Shown: in pieces, positions 53,821 through 64,000 of the stretch | How the letters are laid out: every line of letters begins with the position of its first letter | How positions within the stretch are numbered: position 1 is the first letter of the stretch | Notes under the pieces: model-generated | Told to the model about the DNA's origin: nothing | What the model saw: the letters and a program-made list of their open reading frames with translations, nothing else | Databases searched by the model: none | Made by a program: the position numbers and the translations under genes | From: Heptranchias perlo | Taxonomy: Eukaryota | Length of the DNA: 64,000 nucleotides | Assembly: GCF_035084215.1 (NCBI RefSeq) | Contig: NC_090325.1 | Coordinates: 102,982,001 to 103,046,000 of the forward strand | Direction of reading: 5' to 3'

Positions 53821-53924
53821 ATACTCCCTTAAAGCGGAATTATTTGTTTTTTTTTAAAATAAAGGTTCTGCCAGGGTTAATTGTTACTCAGCATATAATG
53901 ATGTTTGACTCTGTGTCGTCCTGA

Positions 53925-54101
<177 letters not shown>

Positions 54102-54454
54102 TAATGTTTGGGGCTTTGAGCAATACTTTTCCTCTTGTACTAGTATTGGGTGTAGCGCATGAACACTATGACTATATATTGCAAAAGATGGTGGACTTGT
54201 GATTCTGGTGCATTGTGTCTGGACACTATGACTGACCTAAAAGCACTGGGATGCATTATTTAGTACTGAACATTGTGCAATACTTAATTATAGCAGTTCT
54301 TTAAATTTAAAAACCACTTGAGCATTTCTTCCATCTCATTTTCAGAGTTTCATTTCCGATGGGTAACAGTTAATTTTGTTCTTTCTAGATTTTATTTTTC
54401 TGCAATTCTCTGTCTTTTAAAGAAATTTGATTTCCTTATTGTGGTATGGTTCCA

Positions 54455-54765
54455 CATGTGGTCGCCCTCAGGTACTCTGCCCAAGCGGCCACTCTTCATG
54501 TGTGAACCTTGGTGAGTGTCGATAGGCTGGTTGACTCTGGCGAATATCACAACTGAGCCCAATTATGTCCACACCTGACTTCTACATGTGTACACTTGCA
54601 CCTGGATAATGATGACTGGATATCCTGGCTGGTGAAATTTTTTTCTTCCTCCTTAACTTGGATGTTGTAGCCAATTGTCACACCCCTACTGCTGCTCCTT
54701 TGGTATCAGCTAACTTAGCACAGACCATAAATCTAACCTGGGACCGTACTACTCTGGCTCAACAA
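54455..54765 (-). repeat. Ancient SINE-like repeat (unnamed family), partial
   Basis: gccaattgtcacacccctactgctg...tcagctaacttagcacagacc is shared with the other copies. Confidence 0.5.
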
Positions 54766-55089
54766 CTGAGACTTCATATTTCAGCCATTGAGTGCGTTCT
54801 TTGTTTCTCTACATAGATTTAGGATCTAATTTCTATTCTTTCTTCCTTCTCTCTCTAATGGTCACTAGAAAACAACCTGTTTCCTCCCCTCCCATCTCCA
54901 TGCACTACACATAACCTGTGCATGAGAGCAGAGGTTGTTTGACTTCTCCCAACTTTGAAGAGAGAAAAAAACATCGCCAAGCTTGAGACTGGTCATTCAG
55001 TAGAGTAGAGGACATTGGTGGCATCCAACTAGAGTAACATATCCTCTTGGACTCCTTGTGGTAGTATTACTGCCAGCACTCGGGCACTG

Positions 55090-58000
55090 TTAAGTTACAC
55101 GCATTCCATTGTTGTGGGTTGGTTTCAGGAGGTGGTCACCCCACAGCTTAAGAAAGTGCAGGCAGAGGGGGACTGGGTGACCACGACATCGAGGACCAGG
55201 CAGGTAGTGCAGGTTTCCCCTTGGGGCATCTCGCTCTCTAATCAGTATTCAGTTTTAAATACTAGTGAGGGAGAGGGTTCCTCTGGGGAGTGCAGCCAGA
55301 GCCAAGTCCACCGCACCATGGGTGGCTCAAGTGTCCGGGGGTGGGGAAGAGGAGAAAGGTCAGGAGAGCAATAGCGATAGGGGATTCTTTAGTTAGGGGA
55401 GCAGAACGGCATTTCTGCGGACACAGACGAGATTCCAGGATGGTATGTTGCCTCCCTGGTGCTGGAGTCAAGGATGTCACTGACCAGCTGAAGAACAATC
55501 TGGAGGGGTAGGGTGAACAGCCAGAGGTCGTGATCCACATCTGTACCAACGACATAGGTAGAAAGAGGGATGAAGCCCTGCAGGCAGATTTTAGGGAGTT
55601 AGGAAAGAGACTAAAAAGCAGGACCTTAAATTTAGTCATCTCCTGGTGCCATGCGCTAGCGAGTATAGAAATCGGATAAAGCAGATGAATGCGTGGCTGG
55701 AGAGATGGTGCAGGAAAGAGTGCTTCAGATTCCTGGGGCATTGGGACCAGTTCTGGGGGAGGTGGGACCTGAACAGGCCAGATGAGTTGCACCTCAACGG
55801 AGCTGGGACTAATGTCCTCGCGGGGAGGTTTGCTCGTGGTGTGGGGGAGGGTTTAAACTAATTTGACAGGAGAATGGGCACCAGGATGTAGCATTGGCAA
55901 GGAGAAAAAGATGCACAAAGGATTGGGAGAGAAAGATAGCACTAGAATAAGAAATAGTACGGTATTTGATGGGCTCAGACTAAGAGAGAGAATACAAGAA
56001 AGTCTGAGATTGGTTTACAGTGCATGTGTGTAAACGCGGTAAACAAGGTTGGTGAGCTGCATGCGGAAATAGTCACATGGGAATACGATGTCGTGGCAAT
56101 AAGAGACCTGGCTCAAAAAAGGGCAGGATTGGGTACTAAATATTCCTGGATAAAAGGTGTTCAGGAAAGATAGGGAAGGATAGAAAGGAGGAGGAATGGC
56201 AGTTTTGACTAAGAATATTGCAGTGTTGGAGAGGGTGGATGTCCTGGAGGGGTCAAGGACAGAATCTATTTGGTTGGAGTTGAGAAACAATAAAGGTGCC
56301 ATTACACTAGGTGCATTCAATAGGCCACCAACTAGTGGGAAGGATATAGAGGAGCAAATTTGCAGAGGTGCAAAAGCCATAAAGCAGTGATAACGAGGGA
56401 CTTCAACTATCCTAACATAGACTGGAATAGAAATGATATAAGGGACAAAGAGGGGGAGGAATTTATGAAGTGTGTTGAGAACTTTCTTGATCACGTTTCC
56501 ACCCCAACGAGGAAGGAGGCATTGCTGGATTTGATTCTGGGGAATGAGACGGGCCAAGTGGAACAAATGTCAGTGGGGGAACATTTAGAGAACAGCGGTC
56601 ATTGTATCATAAGGTTTCGAATAGCTATGGAAAACGATAAGGACCACTCTAAAGTAAAAATATTCAATTGGAGGAGGGCCAATTTCTGTGGGATGAGAAC
56701 AGATCTGGCCTGGGTAAATTGGAATTAAAGATTGGCAGGCAAAACTGTAATTGAACAATGGGCGGCCTTTAAAGGGGAGATGATTCGGATACAGGCTAGG
56801 TACATTCCCACAAGGGAGAAAGGTAGGGCAACTAAAGCCAGAGCTCCCTGGATGACAAAAGAGAATGCATAAGATGAAGCAGAAAAAAGGGGCATATGAC
56901 AGATGTCAGGTTAATAACACAAGTGAGAACCAGGCTGAATATAGAAAGTTCAGAGGGGAAGTGAAAAAGGAAATAAGAGGGGTGAAGAAAGATTATGAGA
57001 ATAGACTGGCAGCCAATATAAAAAGGAATCCAAAAGTTTTCTATAAACATGAAAACAGTAAACATAGTAAGAGGGGGAGTGGGGCCAATTGGGGACCAAA
57101 AAGGAGATCTATTCATGGAGGCAGAGGGCATGGCCGAGGTATTAAATGAGTACTTTGCATCTGTCTTTACCAAGGAAGAAGATGCTGCCAGAGTCTCTGT
57201 AAAGGAAGATGTAATTGAGATACTGGATGGGCTAGAAATTGATAGAGGAGGTGCTTGAAAGGCTAGCTGTACTTAAAGTAGAAAAGTCACCTGGTCCAGA
57301 TGGGGTGCACCTTAGGTTGCTGAGGAAAGTATGGGTGGAAATTGCGGAGCTACTGGCCATAATCTTCCAAACATCCTTAGATTCGGGGGTGGTGACAGAG
57401 GAGTGGAGAATTGCAAACATTACACCCTTGTGACTGAATTAGCAGTCATTTGACAGAAATGAAGAATTCTGAGACAGAATTAGCAGCCACTTGGACAAGT
57501 GTGGATTGATTAGGGAAAGCCAGCACGGATTTGTTAAAGGCAAATTGTATTTAACTAACTTGCTAGATTTTTTGATGAGGTAACAGAGAGGATAGATGAG
57601 GCAATGCAGTTGATGTGCTATGTATGGACTTTCAAAAGGCGTTTGATAAAGTGCCACATAATAGGCTTGACATCAAGATTGAAGCCCATGGAATAAAAAG
57701 GGCAGTAGCAGCAATGGATATAGAATTGGCTAAGTAACAGGAAACAGCAAGTAGTGATGAACGGTTGTTTTTCGGACTGGAGGGAGTGGTGTTCCACAGG
57801 GGTCGTTACTAGGACCACATATATTAATGACTTGGACTTTGCTGTACAGGATACGATTTTCAAATTTGCAGATGACACAAAGCTTGGAAGCGTAGTGAAT
57901 AGTGAGGAGGATAGTGATAGACTTGAAGAGGATATAGACAGGCTGGTGGCATGGGCGGACACGTGGCAGATGAAATTTAATGCAGAAAAATGTGAGATGA

Positions 58001-58762
58001 TACATTTCAGTTGGAAGAATGAAGAGAGGCAATATAAACTAAAGGGCACAATTCTAAAAGGGGTACAGGAACAGAGATCTTTGGGTATACGTACACAAAT
58101 CGTTGAAGTTGGCAGGGCAGGTTGAAAAAGCATACGGGATCCTGAGCTTTAAATAGAGGCATAGAGTACAAAAGCAAGGAAGTCATGATGAACCTTTATA
58201 AAGCACTCTTTCAGCCACGGCTGGAGTATTGTGTCCAGTTCTTGGCACCGCACTGTAGGAAAGATATGAAGGGCATAGAGAGGGTGCAGGAGAGATTTAC
58301 GAGAATGATTCCAGTGATGAGGGACTTTAGTTACGTGGATAGATTGAAGAAGCTGGGGTTGTTCTCCTTGGAACAGAGAAGGTTGGGAGGAGATTTGATA
58401 GAGGTATTCAAAATCATGAAGGTTCTAGACAGAGTGGATAGAAACTGTTCCCATTGGCAGAGGGGTCAAGAACCAGAGGACATAGGTTTAAGATGATTGG
58501 TTCTTTTGCCAAAGGTGACATGAGGCAAAACGTTTTTGCACAGCAAGTGATAAGGTTCTGGAATGCACTGCCTGAGGGGGTGGTGGAGGTAGATTCAATC
58601 ATGGCCTTCAAAAGGGAATTGGATAAGTAATTGAAAGGAAAAAAATTGCAGGGCTACGGGGAAAGGGCGGGGGAGTGGGGCTAGCTGGATTGCTCTTGCA
58701 GAGAGCCGGCACGGACTCGATGGGCCGAATGGCCTCCTTCCATGCTGAACCTTTATGATTCT
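55090..58762 (+). mobile_element. Longest CR1 copy: SGNH/GDSL-esterase ORF1 (5'-truncated), ORF2 (APE + RT) and 3' UTR; non-functional
   Basis: ORF1: IGDSLVRG..CCLPGAGVKDV, HICTND, DELHLNGAG..GEGLN*. ORF2: TESIWLEL, DFNYPNIDW, KSPGPDG, KFADDTK, PRLEYC. Many stops and frameshifts. Confidence 0.94.
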
Positions 58763-59099
58763 GTGGTTACCAGACTAACTCTTACTAACTATCTCTCGCT
58801 TCTTCCTGTGTCCACTTTCATCTCACTCTTCTAAACACATTCGAGAATGTATTTTTCTCTTCCCCTTCATCTCCCCCTTCTCTTGCTCTTTATATTTCTT
58901 CACTGTTCTCTTCTTACGTACCCACTCTGTTCATGAAAGTGGCATCTTTGGGAGATGCGGCTCTGTGTCCCAGACCCCGGATCATTCGATGCCTGAACTC
59001 ATTGGCATTTTGGGAAGCTGACCCCATCGTCAAGTGGAAAATCACTGCATAGTTGCCCTGCTAGTTTTCAACAGGATAGGTGTCTTTTAGCACAGAGTT

Positions 59100-59625
59100 T
59101 GAGAAGGGTTGCACCACCAATCACCTGCATGGTACATTGAGCTGCCAGCCCACTAATGTCATAGCAGTGACTGCCTGTTATGCTTGTTCTTCTCCATATC
59201 AACATTGAATATCAGCAAGAACAAGCTTAAAGATTCACAATTTACCATGGCCTCTGGCACACACAATCATACTCCCTGCATCTATTGCTTCCTCTTGCTT
59301 TAACGTGGAAATCTGCAATATTTGTGTAATGTCCTTGAATCTTGACTCTGTCCATCTGCAATCATCTAACTCTCACCTTTTTTGTTTCTACTGAAACCCA
59401 GGTTTCACTTTATTCTAACTCTCCCTTTTCCACTTTCCCTTGTGTACCTTCTATGTCAGCTTTTGACTCAAAGAATGTGCACAGCCAGTTAGCTCTGACA
59501 CCCCTGTTTATTCATATTAGCTCTTTTGAATTGCTTGATGTTGATCCTCAAAGGTTAAACATTTCCCTGTCTCCTCTTAATTCACCTGTTGACCTCCGTG
59601 ACCTAGAATTTTTCAACTTTTTTTG
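59100..59625 (+). mobile_element. Possible very old Penelope-like remnant (GIY-YIG-like segment plus pLTR-like end)
   Basis: Manual translation LSCQPTNVIAVTACYACSSPY...PLAH loosely resembles the PLE endonuclease pattern C-x3-NVIY-x3-C-x2-C-x3-YIG...PVA-H. Weak. Confidence 0.3.
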
Positions 59626-59861
59626 AATCTACAGTTATTCTGAAATTGCTGTTGCTCTTGGCTTTAATGTTCACCATCATCAATTGCTCCACTTCTATTC
59701 TTTTTCCTGCTTTTGGAATTGGAGACAGCTGCTGCATCTTCTCCGTCTGTGGTGCAGTTGAGTTAAAATTCTAGTTGAGAAACTGATCCTCAGTGCCTAT
59801 TTGGGGAGGAGGAAAGGAGCTGTTTGGCCCTTGGCTAGTCTGGCATGAAAATAGAGCACTT

Positions 59862-59990
59862 GCCGTGGTGCAGTGGGTTAGCTTGCTCTCCTTTCATCTT
59901 TGTGAACTACGTTTGTTCCAACCTAGATTGTTGGGATGACTTTTTTCATCTGCTAACTGTTGAATTCCATATGTCAGTGGGCATAAACCC
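59862..59990 (+). repeat. LF-SINE-like head fragment (tentative)
   Basis: A-box-like tggtgcagtgg, then cctttcatct...tccaacctag...catctgctaactgtt...tatgt, resembling my recollection of the LF-SINE 5' region. Confidence 0.35.
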
Positions 59991-60044
59991 TTTTTGGATT
60001 TTATACTGGATTGGGTTTCATTAGATTATGCATAGGATTGATTT

Positions 60045-60710
60045 AAATCACAGAACTTCTCAGTACAGAAAGAGGCCATTTAGTTCACTACCTGTGCGAG
60101 GTTTTGAAAGAACTAACCACGTAGTCTCATTCCCCTGCCCTTTCTCAGTGCTCTGTTAAATTTTTCTTTTTCAAGTATTTATCCGCATTCCTTTCAAAAG
60201 TTATTACGGATTCTGCCCCCATCTGTGTCCTAAAAGCCCTCTTGATTTAAAAACAATTCTCCTAATCATTCCATTTGTTCCTTTTATTTTCGCTGGTTAC
60301 TGACTCACTAACTAGTAGAAATAGTTTTTCTTGGTTTACCTATCAAAACTTGTCACTGTTTTGAATACCTCTTGACTCTCTTCTTGTGGAGACCCAATTT
60401 CTCTTGTCTGTCCTCAATAGCTTTGACATCCTTCCTAAAGTAAGGCGCCAAAACTTAACACACATTCTAACTTTGGCCTACTCATTACCTCCTTGCTTTT
60501 GTACTCAATGCCTCTATTTATAAAACCTTGGATTCCATGTATGCTTTTTTTAAACAGCTTTATCAACTTGTCTTTCAGATTTGTGTATCTGAGCTCCAAA
60601 GTGCCTCTACTCCTTTCTAAAAAAAAAGTTACCATTTAGTGTATACTTCCTCTGCTTATTCATCCTCACAAAATATACTACCTCACGTTTCTCCAGATTC
60701 AATTTCATTT
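60045..60710 (-). mobile_element. Decayed CR1 3' fragment
   Basis: GFINRGIEYKSKEVM..PKLEC (60435-60635); degraded 3' UTR. Confidence 0.8.
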
Positions 60711-61339
60711 GGTGACTATTTGTCCAGTCCTTAGAAATGCTGTGTTGGGACAGCCAACCATGAAAAATGAAAATCTCCTTTTTATAAATGTAGTATTTCT
60801 TGTATCTTTCTTCCCTATAGATGTTGACTGAAGGATGATTTGAGTTTTCTAGATTTTATTTTTCCTGCACACATTATGCCTGCTTTTCATCCTGTTGGAG
60901 ATCTGTACATTTTTAGTGTACAAAAAAGCTAACTTTTTACTCTGGCCAATGACTAAATGTTTAATTGGAAATGGAATGGATATCTTCTGCAGTGTTGCTC
61001 ATAGGCTGAAGAGGAGCTTTTACTGTCTGTCAGGCTTTATTTTAAAGCCTGCTGTGTCATCTGGCATAAGAGCATGACCTAGGAGGGGAAGGGAGGGGCA
61101 GAGCCTTGCTTGAGCATTTTGGCAGACTTGAGGGAAGGAAGGAGTGGAGGTGAAGGATTTGAGTCGGTATGTGGAGGAGGGTGGTGGTGGTGGGGGGGGG
61201 GTGTGTGTAACAGGTAGGCCTGAAAGAAGAATACTGTTAAGTGCAGTGCAAATGCTACAAGCTCCATAAAACTAGTTTAAAGCTTGTGGTGGCCCATGAA
61301 TCTCCACGTTAGTTTGCTGTATGAGTTGGATCGGTCTTT

Positions 61340-64000
61340 AAGATTTATTCTCTGGATGTGCGGGGTGCTGGCAAAGCTGGATTTATTGCCCAGTTGCCCT
61401 GAGAAGGTGGTGATTGATCTACTCCTTGAACCACTGCAGTCCTTGTGCTGATGGTGCTCCCATGATGATGTTAGATAGGGAATTCCAGGATATTGACTCA
61501 GCAGCATTGAAGGAATGGTGATATATGTGAAAGTCAGCATGTTGGGGCATTGGAGGTTATGATGATTCCATGATGTTGCTTCTCTTGTCTTTCTTGGCAG
61601 AGGTTGCAGGACTGGAAGATGCTGTTGGAAGTAAGCTTGGTGATTTGTTGCAGTGCATTCCGTAGATTGTACATAATGCAGCCACAGTGTGCTGGTGTTG
61701 GAGGGGCTGCATATTGAAATCCGTAGCAGGACCACTGATCAAATGGACTGTTTTAACCCGATTAATGTTGAGCTTTTTGAGTATTGCAGCTGTACACCTG
61801 GCTTGAGCCTTGTAGACGGTGCAGATGCTTTCCAGTGCCATGCAGTGAGCCTCTTGTTGCCTGATGTTGTAGCCACTGTGTTGATGTGGCTGGTCCAGTT
61901 AAGCTTCTGATCATTGGTAACCCCCAAGATGATAAGGGAATCTGCCAAGGTGTTGCTGTTGAAGGTTGGGGGAGATAGTTGGGCCTTAAAGATATTCATT
62001 GCCCAGCACCTGGGTGGTGCGAATGTCACCCGTCATTTGTTAGCCTGGATGTTGTCCACATCCTGCTGTGGGCTGACGTGACCTGTTTCATTATCAGAGA
62101 GTGATAAATGGAGCTGAACACTACAATTGTCAGCGAACATCTCCACTCCTGACCTTATGACAGAGGGAAGGTCAAAGATGAAACAGCTGAAGATAGTTGG
62201 GCCGAAGGCGCTTTCTGGGGAACTGCTGCAGTGACGTCATGGGCTGTGATGACTGACCGCTAACAATCTCAACCATCTTCCTGTGTGCCTTATTACTCGA
62301 CCCACAGGAGTGTTTTCAGAATGACTCCCATTGACCTCAGTTTTGCTAGGGCTTCTTGGTGCCTTAGTTGGTTGAATACTACTTTGAAGTAGAGGGAAAT
62401 TACTCTCGCTTCTTCTCTTGTATTTAGCTCTTGTGTCTATGTCTGGATCAAGGTTACAATGAAGTCTGGAGCTGAGTGGTCGGAACTGAGCACCAGCAAG
62501 TTAGTGAGTAGGTGTAATTTAATGGCACTAATGCTGACTTCTTCCAACACTTTGCTGATTGGGAGAATGCAGATAGAGTGGCAATTGGCCAGGTTAGATT
62601 TATCCTGCTTTTTGTGGATGGGGCATACCATGGCAATTTTCCACATTGTCAGGTAGATGCCAGTGTCGTAGCTGCACTAGAATAGCCTGCTCAATTAGTT
62701 CCGATGTGCAGGTCTTCAACACTACAACCGGGATGTTATCAGAGCCCATAACCTTTGTTGTTTCCTCTGTACCCAGCCGCCTCTTAAACTCACATGGAAT
62801 AAACCAAATCAACTTGAACACTGGCATCTCTGACAGTGGAGACCTTTGGAGGAGCTGAATAGGATTGTCCACTTCGCACTTTTGACTGAAGATGCTTGCA
62901 AACTCTTCAATTTTGTCTCTTGAACTCACATGCTGAGCATTGTTGAGGATGGGGCTGTTCGTGGAGCCTGTTCCTCGTGCTAGTTGACCACCACCATTCC
63001 TGACTGACCTTTTGGCTGTGGGACTGCTTAACTCTGTCTATAGCTTGCTGCTTTTGATGTTTTTAGCGTGCAGGTAGCCCTGTGTTATATCCTCACCTAG
63101 GTCAGTTCCTCAGTCTAAAGTGTGGCTGCTCCTGGCATGCCTGTTTACATTGCCCATTTGATGCAGGGTTGATCTCTTGGCTTCATAATGGAGCGGTTGT
63201 GCCAGACCATGAATTACAGATTAAGATGGCTCACGCTGCCTCATGGATGTCTAGTTAGTCTGTCCTTGGGCCGTTTTACTACATTAAAGGAGATGTATAA
63301 ATGCAAGTTGTTGTTGTCCCACTTAACATGGCAGTAGTGCCACACTACCCGATGGAGGATGTCCTCACAGTGGCGAAGAGTCGCGGTCTTCACAAAGACT
63401 GCAGTGGTCACTCCAACCAGTGTTATCATGAACTGACATGTCTACAACAGAAAAGTATGGTGAGGACAAGTAGATTATTCCCTTCATCTTGGTTCCCTTG
63501 CCACGTGATGCAGGTCTAGTCTGACACATTTTGTCCTAAAGGACTCAACAGCTTGGTCAGTGTTAGTACTACTGAGTATTCTTGGTGATGAACATTGAAG
63601 TCCCCCACCCAGAGCACATTCTGTGCCATTTCTCCGATTTAATCAACATGAAGGGGTATTGATTTGTCAGTTCGGGGGTGGTTAGCAACGGACTTCATTG
63701 GTGTTTTTTGACCTGCAGCCATGAGACTTTGTGGGGTTCAGAGACAATGTTGAGGACACGTCCACCAGACTGTAAGACTGTATACCCATTTCCTCTTTGT
63801 CCTCTTTTTCCCTCTCTTTCTCCCCCCCCCCCCCCCCCCAAAAAAAAAACTGGTGGGGACAGGGCGTAATGGAGATGTCAAAATTTGGCTGACTGGTGTA
63901 ATTCTGTGAGTATGACCATATCAAGCTGCTGCTTGACTAGTCTATGGGACAGCTCTACCAACTTCAGCACCAGTTCCCAGATGTTGGTGAGGGGGACTTT
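61340..64000 (-). mobile_element. Older family-D LINE, running off the window end
   Basis: Collinear with 33358-35857 (VYKAQ, MWKIAMVCPIHKKQDKSN, EEFASIFSQKC, ILGVTNDQKLNWTSHI); more diverged. Confidence 0.88.

Overview
Eukaryotic (vertebrate) genomic DNA; the repeat content suggests a cartilaginous fish, probably a shark (inference). The only host gene is DHX15 (Prp43 DEAH-box splicing helicase) on the + strand. Five internal coding exons are present (23013-23349, 25832-26025, 27729-27888, 30562-30780, 53928-54095), equivalent to human exons 2-6. They have GT-AG boundaries, join into one continuous frame, and carry motifs I (GETGSGKT), Ia (TQPRRVAA), II (DEAH), III (SAT) and IV. I could not find exon 1 or exons 7 onward, so the window seems to lie wholly inside the gene. 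Everything else is intron, densely filled with decayed CR1 and L2 LINEs, a second CR1-group LINE with a partner tRNA-SINE, DeuSINE-like SINEs, two MITEs and several multi-layer nested insertion stacks. Almost all ORFs in the supplied track are LINE fragments or their antisense shadows. The most unusual element is a small Penelope-like insertion (20729-20946) that forms a perfect 91-bp inverted repeat, is flanked by a 13-bp direct repeat, and carries a minimal hammerhead-ribozyme motif on each strand. I see no evidence for a wholly new biological system. Repeat boundaries were read by eye (roughly +/-10-50 bp unless stated), and family names come from recalled motifs, not database searches.
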